This document shows, piece after piece, positions 40,451 to 50,361 of a DNA stretch of 64,000 bases. This DNA is from Spirochaetia bacterium (GTDB taxonomy: Bacteria; Spirochaetota; Spirochaetia; DSM-2461). How positions within the stretch are numbered: position 1 is the stretch's first letter; the number at the start of each line of letters is the position of its first letter. The DNA lies in contig CAXXIA010000002.1 of NCBI GenBank assembly GCA_963666985.2, positions 384,001-448,000 on the forward strand, given 5' to 3'. The notes under the pieces were generated by a model, which had not been told where the DNA came from, made no database searches, and saw only the letters and a program-made list of their open reading frames with translations. The position numbers and the translations under genes are program-made.

Positions 40451-40626
40451 GAACCTCATCTCCTTCGCGTTCGCGGGTTACGAACGAGCCTACTTTAGCC
40501 GACTGATTCCCGTCAAGGGGGGTATGGAATCCAATTGATTTAAACAATTCGTGAAGAACCGAAATAAAAAAACTTTGTGACGAATCCGGAAAAACCGCTA
40601 CACTTATCTATAGAAAGAAATTAGGG

Positions 40627-41835
40627 ATGATATCGATGAGTGCGAGACCGGAAACGAAGGATTTGCTGAAGATTATTAGAGAACTTCACCATATCCACGA
40701 TCATGCCGTCCTTCTGGAACGGATTCTCCATGAAGCGAGGATTTTCGTTCGGGCGGACGCCGGAACACTCTATCTTCGAGACGGTGATAAGCTGTATTTC
40801 AATTACATTGAAAACGATACTCTTTTCCCCGACGGTAAAAGCGAGGATAAATTCGCCTACACGGATCACAGCATCGATATAAATAAGAAGAGTCTGGCCG
40901 GTTTTGTGGCCGCGACCGGTCAGCCGCTGCTTATCGACGATGTCTACGAACTGCCGAAAGAGCTCGATTTTACGTTTAATCCCGAATTCGACCAGCAGAC
41001 TCATTACAGAACCCAAAGTCAGCTTGTTATTCCTCTTATCGGCGACGGCCAGAAAATTTTGGGAGTTATCCAGCTCATCAATGCCAAATTCGGAGGAAAA
41101 ACGGTTCCGTTTTCCGCGACGGATAAAGTTCACATCTCCTTTCTGGCCGATCATGCCGTTTTGGCCCTTGAAAAGGCCGAAATGGCACGGGAAATGGTCA
41201 TGCGGATGGTTCGAATCTCCGAACTCCGCGATCCTCATGAATCGGGGAACCATGCCGGCAGAGTCGGTGAATACGCATTGGTTCTCTATGACCGCTTTGC
41301 CGAGTCCAGAGGCGTGAGTCTGGCCGAACGAAATCAAAAGAAAGAAGCTTTCCGAGCGGCCGCGATTCTCCATGATATTGGAAAGGCCGGCATTCCCGGA
41401 CAAGTCTTGAGCAAAGACGGGCATTACACCGAAAAAGAGAAAATGATTATGTACAGGCATACAATCTACGGCGCCCGCCTTTTTTCCAGTACGGGTTCGC
41501 TTTGGGACCGCATTGCCAGGGAGGTGGTGCTGAATCATCACGAACGATGGGACGGATCCGGATATCCGGGACACATCGGCGATATCAATCAAATCCCTGA
41601 AAAATTCGGCCCGGGCAAAAAAGGCAAGGAGATTCCTTTGTCGGCTCGAATCGTGGCCATCGCCGATGTTTATGACGCTCTTACATCCCATCGAACCTAT
41701 AAGGAAGCATGGACTCCGCAAGCCGCGCTTCATTTTCTGAAAAGCAAATCCGGAAAGCTCTTCGATCCGGAACTGATCGCGATATTCCAAGGAATGGAAG
41801 AAACGCTTGAAGCCATCAAACGCAATCTCCCTTAA
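40627..41835 (+). CDS. GAF + HD-GYP cyclic-dinucleotide phosphodiesterase
   Basis: GAF domain (FNPEFD..T.YRT.S.L..P), LHDIGK, HHERWDGSGYP and ADVYDAL. Confidence 0.9.
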   Translation: MISMSARPETKDLLKIIRELHHIHDHAVLLERILHEARIFVRADAGTLYLRDGDKLYFNYIENDTLFPDGKSEDKFAYTDHSIDINKKSLAGFVAATGQPLLIDDVYELPKELDFTFNPEFDQQTHYRTQSQLVIPLIGDGQKILGVIQLINAKFGGKTVPFSATDKVHISFLADHAVLALEKAEMAREMVMRMVRISELRDPHESGNHAGRVGEYALVLYDRFAESRGVSLAERNQKKEAFRAAAILHDIGKAGIPGQVLSKDGHYTEKEKMIMYRHTIYGARLFSSTGSLWDRIAREVVLNHHERWDGSGYPGHIGDINQIPEKFGPGKKGKEIPLSARIVAIADVYDALTSHRTYKEAWTPQAALHFLKSKSGKLFDPELIAIFQGMEETLEAIKRNLP

Positions 41836-41899
41836 GGATTCTGTTCACAATCTTCAAACTTGAAAAAAAAGATCATATGGACCGGGGCCGGTTTGAAGA

Positions 41900-43096
41900 T
41901 TACTCTTCGAGAACAGTCGGTATTTCTCCGTCCATCGACGGTTCGCTGTAACCCTCCGCGATATACTGATCTCGGCCGTTATTTTTTGCGGCATAAAGCC
42001 GGACATCGGCCAGTTTCACCAAATCCTCAGAAAGAACTCTCTCGTGGTTTCCCGAAATTCCCATGCTCATGGTTACCTTCCATGGAACACCCGTGAATGA
42101 GTACTCCCGAAAGTCGTTCAGCAGGCGCTCGGCAAGAATAATGGCCTTCTCCATGGAAGTTTCGGGAAGTAAAATAAGGAACTCTTCCCCGCCATACCGG
42201 TAAACACGATCCGATTCTCTTACTTCCGATGTAAGAATCGCCGCCGCTTCCTTAAGGACGATGTCCCCTACCGCATGCCCCAGTCCGTCGTTAACCCTTT
42301 TAAAGTGATCCAGATCCATAAGAATAATCGTGAACTGATAATCCATCCGCCTGCTTATGGCATATTGAGCTTCGATATCTTCAATCATCAGCCGTCTGTT
42401 GAACAGTTCCGTCAAAAAATCCCTTCGACTCATAAATTCAAGTCTTTCAACGGATTTTCCAAGAAGCTTTTCGTTGAGAAAACTTTTGGTTCTCGACTCG
42501 TTGATGACATAGAACAGAACTATTCCGATAAAAGTGAAAATAAGCAGTTCAAAACAGAATGTACTGACGGCCGCCATCGGATGATAACTCATGAAGAAAC
42601 CCAATGAAACAAGTACGTCTATAACGGCAAGAAGGATCAGATAGGATATGGAATCCATCCAGAATACAACACTGAGACAGATGATAAGACCAAAAACCGC
42701 GGCCGAATCGTCTGCGATTTGATAATCGATAAAAGAAAGAAAACAGTAATTTAAAACGATACCGATAATGTATGCTCTCTGCAGGAACTTGGAAAAAAAC
42801 GTATAATCTTTCTGATTAATGGAGAAGGTTACGGATAAAAAGATTATTGAAAGCCCAATCAGAATGAAGTAATTCAACTGATACAGCCGATTGTAGATAT
42901 CACCTTCGGGAATATCCAGGAGAATCAAACGCCTGAATAAAAATAAAACTCCGACGACAATGCTGAATCCGGAAATTATTCTGGTAAGACGTCTGTTATG
43001 TTTCCAGCATTCATCACGAAATTGAATCCTCAAGTCTTCGGGTATCTGATGAATTGAGAATTTATAAATGCGTCTTTTTGAATTTTTAACAGACAT
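41900..43096 (-). CDS. Membrane-bound diguanylate cyclase (GGDEF)
   Basis: Several TMs, DLDHFKRVND, I-site RESD and GGEEF. Confidence 0.9.
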   Translation of the reverse strand: MSVKNSKRRIYKFSIHQIPEDLRIQFRDECWKHNRRLTRIISGFSIVVGVLFLFRRLILLDIPEGDIYNRLYQLNYFILIGLSIIFLSVTFSINQKDYTFFSKFLQRAYIIGIVLNYCFLSFIDYQIADDSAAVFGLIICLSVVFWMDSISYLILLAVIDVLVSLGFFMSYHPMAAVSTFCFELLIFTFIGIVLFYVINESRTKSFLNEKLLGKSVERLEFMSRRDFLTELFNRRLMIEDIEAQYAISRRMDYQFTIILMDLDHFKRVNDGLGHAVGDIVLKEAAAILTSEVRESDRVYRYGGEEFLILLPETSMEKAIILAERLLNDFREYSFTGVPWKVTMSMGISGNHERVLSEDLVKLADVRLYAAKNNGRDQYIAEGYSEPSMDGEIPTVLEE

Positions 43097-43258
43097 TTAT
43101 CAAAGCCAACTATTGTGAATTTAAATATTTTCTTGATTATTAAGCAACTCTTATCCCAACTTTCTCAAAAAGTATCGCTTTTATCACGTCCGTCCGATAC
43201 TTACCAAGCCGAGATTCGACAGATCTTTCGAAAAGACTTCTTTCCGTGTTGTCTTAAT

Positions 43259-45646
43259 TTACCGACCGTTCTCACCGGGAGCCGTTTTCTCCAAGTTCTT
43301 GGCATTTCGGCATTTTGGAAAGCCCGTACATGCTAAAAAGGGTCCGCGTTTGCTTAAACGGACGATCATCGGACTTCCGCATTTCTCGCATTTCTCACCG
43401 CCGGCTTTCGGCAGTGAAATAACCGCCCCATCCTTAACCGGAAGTTCCCTTTTACATTCGGGATTGGGACAGACCATGACCGGTCCTCTCTTTTTGGATT
43501 TAATCTCCATGGGAGTTCCGCATTCGTCGCAGTCCATTTTCAGTTCGGGCAGAAAAACCGGTTTTCCGTCGGCGCCGAGATTGGCCGTGGTCTTGCAGTC
43601 CGGGTATCCGCTGCAGGCATAGAACTTTCCGTATCGGCTTGATTTCAAAATCATCGGTTTCCCGCATTTCGGGCAAATGACCGGCTCTCCGTCGGTTTCA
43701 CCGTCGTCGGAACCTTCTCCGGGAAGAGGCGTCAGGCCCTTGCATTCGGGATAGTCCGTACATCCGAGAAAGGCTCCCGTCTTTGAATAACGGAGAACGA
43801 GATCTCCGCCGCAGATAGGACATTTTTCCGGCCCTTCCCACTTCCGGCCTTTCAGGGGCTCGGCTTCCTCAATGGCGTTTTCCACGCGCTGTTCGAATCC
43901 CGAATAAAAATCATCGACGATTGTGTGCCAGTCGATGCTGCCGTCTTCCACGGAGTCCAAATCACTCTCCATTCCTGCGGTGAATTTGTAATCCATAATC
44001 GTGGGAAATTCTTTAAGGAGGATGTCGTTCACGGCCATTCCCAATTCACTGGCATGAAAGGCCCGCTTTTCCAAACGAACGTATCCCCGTTCCCGTATAG
44101 TTTGAATGATTGCCGCATATGTGGACGGGCGGCCGATACCTTCTTTTTCCAGGGCACGAACCAAAGTCGCCTCGGTAAATCGTGAGGGAGGCTTGGTCCA
44201 GTTCTGTTCCGCGATCAGTTCATTCAGATCCAAAGATTCACCGCCCGAAAGAGAGGGAAGATCCTGAAAATCTTCTTTTCCTTTTTTCGCTTCCGGTATC
44301 AAAACGGTAAAACCGTCAAAGAGCGTTACACGTCCCTTGGCCTCCAGAATGCCGTCGGCCGCTTCGACGCGAATCGTCGTAACGGCGTATTGAGCGTTTT
44401 TCATCTGACTGGCCACCGTCCGCCGCCAAATGAGTTCATAAAGCTTGTACTGTTCATCGGTAAGATAGGATTTCACCGATTCGGGAGTCCGATGGACCGA
44501 AGTCGGCCGAATGGCTTCATGGGCATCCTGAGCTTTCACTCCGGCTTTAGGCTTGGGACCGTACTCCCTGAACGTCTCCGGCAGATATTCCGGATATTTC
44601 TCACCGATCCAGCCGCGCAGTTCTTCAACGGCCTCCGGATCCAATCTGGACGAATCGGTCCTCATATAGGTAATCAGACCGACGGCCCCTTCCTCAAGTT
44701 CGATGCCTTCATAGAGTCTCTGGGCAATCTGCATGGTCCGCCGCGTTCCATACCGGAGCTGGCCGGAAGCCGCCTGCTGGAGCGTACTGGTAATAAAGGG
44801 TGCCGCGGGTTTGCTGGAAGTTTCCTTGCTCGTTACTTCGGCAACGCGGTACTCGGCTGTCTTTAAGGCCGCCTCAACTTCCCTGGCCGTGGTTTCGGTT
44901 GAGGAGAATTTTCCATCCAGGCCGAATTTTTCTCCTTTCCAGGAGGTTAAAGACGCATTAAACGGCTTTTTATCACCGCTTTCCGCGGAAAGAGCGGCAT
45001 CGATTTTCCAAAATTCCTTGGGAACGAAGGCAGCGATTTCCCGCTCCTTTTCCACAATGAGCCGCACCGCAACGGACTGGACTCTTCCGGCGGACAGATT
45101 CTTGGCAACTTTTTTCCAGAGAAAGGGAGAAAGACTGAATCCCACGATACGGTCCAGTACGCGGCGGCCCTTCTGGGCGCCGACCAAGTTCATATCGATA
45201 TCCCGCGGATTTTCCAAGGCATCAAGAACAGCCTTCTTCGTTACCGCCTGATAGGTAATACGCTTCGCTTTCCGATCGTCCAAACCAAGAGCTTCTTTCA
45301 GATGCCACGCAATGGCTTCGCCCTCACGGTCGGGGTCCGGAGCGAGGAACACTTCGTCGGCCTTGTCCGCCGCCTCACGAAGCTCTTCAACCGTTTTTAC
45401 TTTTCCCGGAATAATGATGTAGCGGGGCTCGTATTTATTCTCAAAATCAATACCGAAAGCCTTTTTTCCCCGGCCTTTGGAATCCAAATCACGGATATGA
45501 CCCACGGATGCTTTTACAGAATATCCGCGTCCCAGCATTTTCTTGATGGTTTTCGCCTTTGCGGGACTTTCAACAATGACAAGTATGCCGCCGGCTTTTT
45601 TCTTCGGCGCGGCTTTTTTAGCTGATGGATTCGCTTCAGATGACAT
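43259..45646 (-). CDS. topA: DNA topoisomerase I
   Basis: IVESPAK, DPDREGE, SAGRVQS, ITYMRTD and C-terminal Zn ribbons. Confidence 0.96.
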   Translation of the reverse strand: MSSEANPSAKKAAPKKKAGGILVIVESPAKAKTIKKMLGRGYSVKASVGHIRDLDSKGRGKKAFGIDFENKYEPRYIIIPGKVKTVEELREAADKADEVFLAPDPDREGEAIAWHLKEALGLDDRKAKRITYQAVTKKAVLDALENPRDIDMNLVGAQKGRRVLDRIVGFSLSPFLWKKVAKNLSAGRVQSVAVRLIVEKEREIAAFVPKEFWKIDAALSAESGDKKPFNASLTSWKGEKFGLDGKFSSTETTAREVEAALKTAEYRVAEVTSKETSSKPAAPFITSTLQQAASGQLRYGTRRTMQIAQRLYEGIELEEGAVGLITYMRTDSSRLDPEAVEELRGWIGEKYPEYLPETFREYGPKPKAGVKAQDAHEAIRPTSVHRTPESVKSYLTDEQYKLYELIWRRTVASQMKNAQYAVTTIRVEAADGILEAKGRVTLFDGFTVLIPEAKKGKEDFQDLPSLSGGESLDLNELIAEQNWTKPPSRFTEATLVRALEKEGIGRPSTYAAIIQTIRERGYVRLEKRAFHASELGMAVNDILLKEFPTIMDYKFTAGMESDLDSVEDGSIDWHTIVDDFYSGFEQRVENAIEEAEPLKGRKWEGPEKCPICGGDLVLRYSKTGAFLGCTDYPECKGLTPLPGEGSDDGETDGEPVICPKCGKPMILKSSRYGKFYACSGYPDCKTTANLGADGKPVFLPELKMDCDECGTPMEIKSKKRGPVMVCPNPECKRELPVKDGAVISLPKAGGEKCEKCGSPMIVRLSKRGPFLACTGFPKCRNAKNLEKTAPGENGR

Positions 45647-45802
45647 ATTCACTCCTTAACGCGCCGTGCCCGCATCACGCGGATGCGGAGGGCGCTTGTG
45701 CCCGAATATAACGGAATCGGTCTGAGAATCAAGCCTTTTACCGCTTAATATCCGCGAAAAAGCATCTTCCCTCCAGCCATAGAGGGCGATAAACTGTCGA
45801 TT

Positions 45803-47320
45803 ATGATCGAGAGGAGACTCAATAGGCTTATCTCCGGGCTGGATATATACGAACGAAACGGAGACGGCGATCCGGAAATCTCCTCCGTGGCATATGATTC
45901 CCGCGAGGTAACGGATGGAGGGCTGTTTTTCGCCCTCCCGGGAATCCATACGGATGGCCACGCATTCATAGACAAGGCCGTCGATGCCGGCGCGGCGGCC
46001 ATTATCCATTCGATTCCTTTACGGACCTATCGTCCCAATACGGTCTATCTTCGCGTTCAGGATACACGAGCCGCGCTTTCACCGGTATCGGCCGACTTCT
46101 GGGGACGGCCTTCCCGGGAAATGACCGTTATCGGTGTAACCGGAACGGACGGCAAAAGCACGACCGTAAGCTTAATCCGACAGCTCCTGGCCTTCACCGA
46201 TGTTTCCGCCGGCAGCCTCTCCACCATTGACTTTCACATAGGCGCACGGAAGGGATCCAATATTTTCAGACAATCCACGCCCGAAGCGCCTCAGATACAC
46301 GGCCTATTGCGCGCCATGCTTGACGCCGGTCAGAATTATGCCGTGGTGGAAGCCACCAGCCACGGCCTTTCACCGAAAAACAGCCGACTCGCCGATGTTG
46401 ATTTTGATGTTGCCGTTTTTACCAACGTTACAAGCGAGCATCTGGAATTCCACGGCAATCTCGAAACATACAGAGCCGATAAAGCGCGTCTTTTCAAAAT
46501 GATCGCCGCCTCGAAAAACCCGGACGCGTTCGGAGTCGTAAACGCCGATGATGAACACGCAGGTCTCTTTGTGGAAGCGGCCGGAGAAAAGCCGGTTTAC
46601 ACCTACAGCTTGAAATATCGTGAAGCGGATTTATTCGCCACGGATCTGCATCCCGGACCGCGGGGCACACGGTTTACCCTTCATACGCCGATGGGACGGA
46701 AAAAAATCGAGATTGCGCTTCCGGGGCTCTACAACGTGGAGAACACCATGGCCGCTCTCTGCGCCGTTTCGGAACTCCGCGACCGCGATCCGCTGGAACT
46801 GGCTTCCCGGCTTCCGGAACTTGTGGGAGTGAAAGGCCGAATGGAACCCATCGACGGAGACATGAGCTTTCATGTCATGGTGGATTACGCCCATTCGCCG
46901 GGAAGCTTTCGAAAAATTCTGCCCTTTCTAAAAAAACTGGCCGAAGGACGCCTGATTGTCGTTTTCGGTTCCGGAGGCGAGCGCGATCTGGAGAAACGGC
47001 CGGAGCAGGGTGCTCTGGCCGCGGAGTACGCCGACTTGGTGTTCCTTGCCGATGAGGATCCCCGCGGAGAAAAACCCATGGACATTCTTGAACAAATCGC
47101 CGCGGGCGCACCGAATCTGGAACGGGGAGAACGTCTGTTTCTCATCCCCGACAGGCGCGAAGCGCTCAAGGAAGCCTTTATGAGGGCCAGGGCCGGAGAT
47201 TTGGTCGCGGCACTCGGCAAAGGCCACGAAAAATCGATTATCTATTCGAGCGGCAACAGAGAATGGGATGAAGCCGAAGCCTGCCGTGAAGTGCTCAGGG
47301 AATTGGGATACGAAGCGTAG
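45803..47320 (+). CDS. murE: UDP-MurNAc-dipeptide:diamino-acid ligase MurE
   Basis: GVTGTDGKST, STPE, EATSH, EHLEFH, DYAH, EDPR and GKGHE. Confidence 0.92.
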   Translation: MIERRLNRLISGLDIYERNGDGDPEISSVAYDSREVTDGGLFFALPGIHTDGHAFIDKAVDAGAAAIIHSIPLRTYRPNTVYLRVQDTRAALSPVSADFWGRPSREMTVIGVTGTDGKSTTVSLIRQLLAFTDVSAGSLSTIDFHIGARKGSNIFRQSTPEAPQIHGLLRAMLDAGQNYAVVEATSHGLSPKNSRLADVDFDVAVFTNVTSEHLEFHGNLETYRADKARLFKMIAASKNPDAFGVVNADDEHAGLFVEAAGEKPVYTYSLKYREADLFATDLHPGPRGTRFTLHTPMGRKKIEIALPGLYNVENTMAALCAVSELRDRDPLELASRLPELVGVKGRMEPIDGDMSFHVMVDYAHSPGSFRKILPFLKKLAEGRLIVVFGSGGERDLEKRPEQGALAAEYADLVFLADEDPRGEKPMDILEQIAAGAPNLERGERLFLIPDRREALKEAFMRARAGDLVAALGKGHEKSIIYSSGNREWDEAEACREVLRELGYEA

Positions 47321-47327
47321 CGGGCCG

Positions 47328-47777
47328 TTAAGACAGGATGTACTGCACGAAAAATCCCATGGCGATGCCGATGCCTATACCGACAATAACTTGCGGATAC
47401 GTATGGCCGAGCAGTGTTTTTAAAGCTCTGGGACGATTTTCTTCTTCAAAAAGATGCGAGAATTCTTGAACCAGCTCGTTGAGAATCTCCGCATGCCGGC
47501 CCGCGGCTCGACGGATTCCCGTGGCGTCGTAAATAACGATGATGCCGAGAACAAGGGAAATGGCGAATTCGGAACTTTCAAGTCCGTAGTATAATCCGCT
47601 GGAGGTACACAGGGCGGCGACCGTAGCCGTATGCGAGGAGGGCATGCCTCCGGTTTCGGTAAATCGCTTCGGCGCCCACCGCCGTTCGGTAAGGAGTATA
47701 ATGATAACTTTGGAGACTTGTGCTACAACCATGGCAAATAATGCCGAGAGGACGAGAGGGTTGGTGAATATTTTCAA
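47328..47777 (-). CDS. Divergent PAP2-family (DUF212) membrane protein
   Basis: GGMPSSH, YDATGIRRAAG.HA and LLGHT; TTG start after GAGGAG. Confidence 0.88.
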   Translation of the reverse strand: MKIFTNPLVLSALFAMVVAQVSKVIIILLTERRWAPKRFTETGGMPSSHTATVAALCTSSGLYYGLESSEFAISLVLGIIVIYDATGIRRAAGRHAEILNELVQEFSHLFEEENRPRALKTLLGHTYPQVIVGIGIGIAMGFFVQYILS

Positions 47778-47825
47778 TACGGGGCTCCTCTTCTTACGTT
47801 CTCTATTCTTCAGCGGGATGGTCCC

Positions 47826-48983
47826 ATGAAGGTTCGCACCGCGCGCATCCTCCCGATCGCGGTTCTGTGCCTGACCGCAATAGGCCGACTCTTCGCCGAA
47901 GAAACGAACTTTATCATATCGAAATGGCACGCAGCGATCCAGTTGATTTCTCTTGAATCGTTTTCCACATGGCCCGGTGCGGAAAATCCCATACCGGTGG
48001 ATGCACTTGTGACAAACAGCCGAATGGTCTTCGTTCTGCCCGGTGCCGTTGTGTCCCTTGATGAATCGGGTGCCGCGGACGAGAGGACTCTTCTGGCTCT
48101 GTATACCACGACATTCACCGAACGGGGAAAAGATTCGTGGACTCCGGCTTTAGGAACCATAACTCCCGACTGCCTCTGGAAAAGCTGGAATCCGGCGGAC
48201 TCAACAATTCGGGAAACAGATCTTTCAACGGCTTTGGTGGAAAAAACGCCCCGGATTGGTCTTATGCCCGATTCTCTCCATGCCCTTTCGGACGGCCGTC
48301 TTCTCATTCTCTCGGGAGAAGCCGCCTATCTTATGGATGAATCCGGAAAAACGGCCGCCCTTACCGAAAAGATTCCCCTCTTATCCATGACGGCCGTCTC
48401 ACCGTCACAGCCAAAAATCGCGTGGAGAACTCCGGGTTCCGAAGAAGTTTTTTTCGCGGACGGAAGGGGACGGACGTGGAAACAATCCATCGCCGGGGCG
48501 CCGTTTCCGCCGTCGTCTCCCTGGGACATGGCTTGGACGGATTCCATGATAGTAACCGCTTGGCCCGGCCGGCTGATTGCTTTTGCTGGAGCAGACGCAA
48601 ATACCGTTTCGCCCGAATCCGTTTTTGTCCTCGAAGATGAAAGACTGCCGGGCCGCTGGTACAGACTGTTCGGAGGTACCGATCGCCTGCTTGTGTTCTC
48701 ACCGGAAAGTGCCGCCGTCGCGATTGTCTCGGCTCCCGGTGTTTTTCAAAGCGATACGGACATCGCGATACCTGAATTCATCGACGTGGTGGGAACATGG
48801 GCTCTATCGGCCGCCGATCGGATTGAAGCCGAGGGAGGAATTCGAGCCGCCGAAGGATTCTGCTCCTGGATTATTCCCTATGTCCGCTCGTTTCGGTCGG
48901 ATCATCCGATGAATCCCCTCTGGCCCGAGCTGGAAGCCGAATTGACCCATCGACGCGCGGCGCTGAGGGAGCTTTTGGATTAG
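47826..48983 (+). CDS. Exported hypothetical protein
   Basis: 385-aa ORF with a signal-peptide-like N-terminus ending RLFA; no family recognised. Confidence 0.6.
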   Translation: MKVRTARILPIAVLCLTAIGRLFAEETNFIISKWHAAIQLISLESFSTWPGAENPIPVDALVTNSRMVFVLPGAVVSLDESGAADERTLLALYTTTFTERGKDSWTPALGTITPDCLWKSWNPADSTIRETDLSTALVEKTPRIGLMPDSLHALSDGRLLILSGEAAYLMDESGKTAALTEKIPLLSMTAVSPSQPKIAWRTPGSEEVFFADGRGRTWKQSIAGAPFPPSSPWDMAWTDSMIVTAWPGRLIAFAGADANTVSPESVFVLEDERLPGRWYRLFGGTDRLLVFSPESAAVAIVSAPGVFQSDTDIAIPEFIDVVGTWALSAADRIEAEGGIRAAEGFCSWIIPYVRSFRSDHPMNPLWPELEAELTHRRAALRELLD

Positions 48984-49189
48984 AACCGAACCCAAGACTG
49001 CCGATTGCGCGCTCCCCGATTCGGCGGAAACCAATTAAGCCGGCTGCGACCGTCAGGTCGGCTTCGGTTCGGAGGAATAAAAATTCCGCCGAAGATAAAT
49101 CGGGGAGCGGCAGACCGCCTGATTTTCGCCCGATAATCGCCATAGGAGTGTCGCTTGTCCGCATGCTCCGGCGCATGCCATGATAGGCC

Positions 49190-50257
49190 ATGGCTCATGT
49201 AACGATACTCTACGGCGGCCGCTCCGGCGAACACGAAGTTTCCCGCACTTCGGCGGCCGCGGTTCTCACCAACCTTGATAAAAAACACACAATCACTCTG
49301 ATCGGCATCGACAAAGAAGGCGCTTGGTACCTCCAGGATCTGCCCGAAGTCGTTCCCGCCGTTCTGAATCTTATTACCGATGCGGAAAAAAGAATCGCCG
49401 TTCTTCCCGGAGGCGGCCTTATTCGCTCCGGCGGCACACCGCTGCCGACCGATGTTGTTCTGCCCATTCTGCACGGAAGTTTCGGTGAAGACGGCACCGT
49501 GCAGGGTCTTCTGGAAACGGCCCGGCTGCCCTACGCGGGTTCCGGTGTTCTGGGAAGCGCCGTGGGCATGGATAAAGATACCTCCAAGCGGCTTTGGAAA
49601 CATGCCGGTCTGCCCGTTGTTCCGTGGCGCGCCTTTACGGAAGAAACCGCCCCGGATATAAAAGCCTCCGCGGCGCTTTTCAAGGAGTTGGGACCGTCCC
49701 TTTTCGTGAAACCGGCCAATACCGGTTCTTCGGTGGGCGTGAGCCGCGCCGGGAATCCCGATGAACTGCAGACGGCTCTTAAAACGGCGTTGAAATACGA
49801 CCGAAAAGTTCTCGTGGAAAAAACCATCACGGGGCGTGAAATAGAATGCTCGGTAATGGGCGAGGAACATCCCGAAGCGTTCCCTCCCGGAGAAATTGTC
49901 CCGACGGGGGGACACACGTTTTACGACTACGACGCGAAATATATCGATTCGGACGGTGCCCTTCTGAAGGTTCCCGCAGATCTCGATGAGAATCTTTCCG
50001 CCAAAATCCGCGACATTGCCGTGCGGGCCTATTCAGCCGTGGGCGCCGCCGGTCTTTCCCGCGTGGACTTCCTGGTGGAAGACGGGAAAAATATTTTCAT
50101 CAACGAAATCAACACCATCCCGGGCATGACGGCCATCAGTCTCTTTCCGAGAATGGCGGCCGCGGGCGGTGTTGATTTCACCCAAATGCTTGAACGGCTC
50201 ATCGCGGACGCTCTGGAACGGGCCGCCGGACGGGAGAAGCTTTCCTACGAAAGATAG
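49190..50257 (+). CDS. ddl: D-alanine--D-alanine ligase
   Basis: GGRSGEHEVS, LHGSFGEDG, GSSVG, FYDYDAKY and NEINTIPG. Confidence 0.95.
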   Translation: MAHVTILYGGRSGEHEVSRTSAAAVLTNLDKKHTITLIGIDKEGAWYLQDLPEVVPAVLNLITDAEKRIAVLPGGGLIRSGGTPLPTDVVLPILHGSFGEDGTVQGLLETARLPYAGSGVLGSAVGMDKDTSKRLWKHAGLPVVPWRAFTEETAPDIKASAALFKELGPSLFVKPANTGSSVGVSRAGNPDELQTALKTALKYDRKVLVEKTITGREIECSVMGEEHPEAFPPGEIVPTGGHTFYDYDAKYIDSDGALLKVPADLDENLSAKIRDIAVRAYSAVGAAGLSRVDFLVEDGKNIFINEINTIPGMTAISLFPRMAAAGGVDFTQMLERLIADALERAAGREKLSYER

Positions 50258-50361
50258 CCATGTTTATCCGGACTTCCCGTTAAGATTCCGCATCAACTTC
50301 AGCTTTTGCGAATTCGGCCGAAAAACGGAACCGGCATTGGAAACCGTTTTTGGAGACGTTC

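Noticed and set aside
40621..41790. 389-aa minus-strand ORF, and many other long antisense ORFs (e.g. 3876-4781, 7658-8620, 26996-28063, 32077-33216, 48980-49915)
   Set aside because: These are shadow frames of well-supported genes on the opposite strand in GC-rich DNA, with no recognisable motifs.
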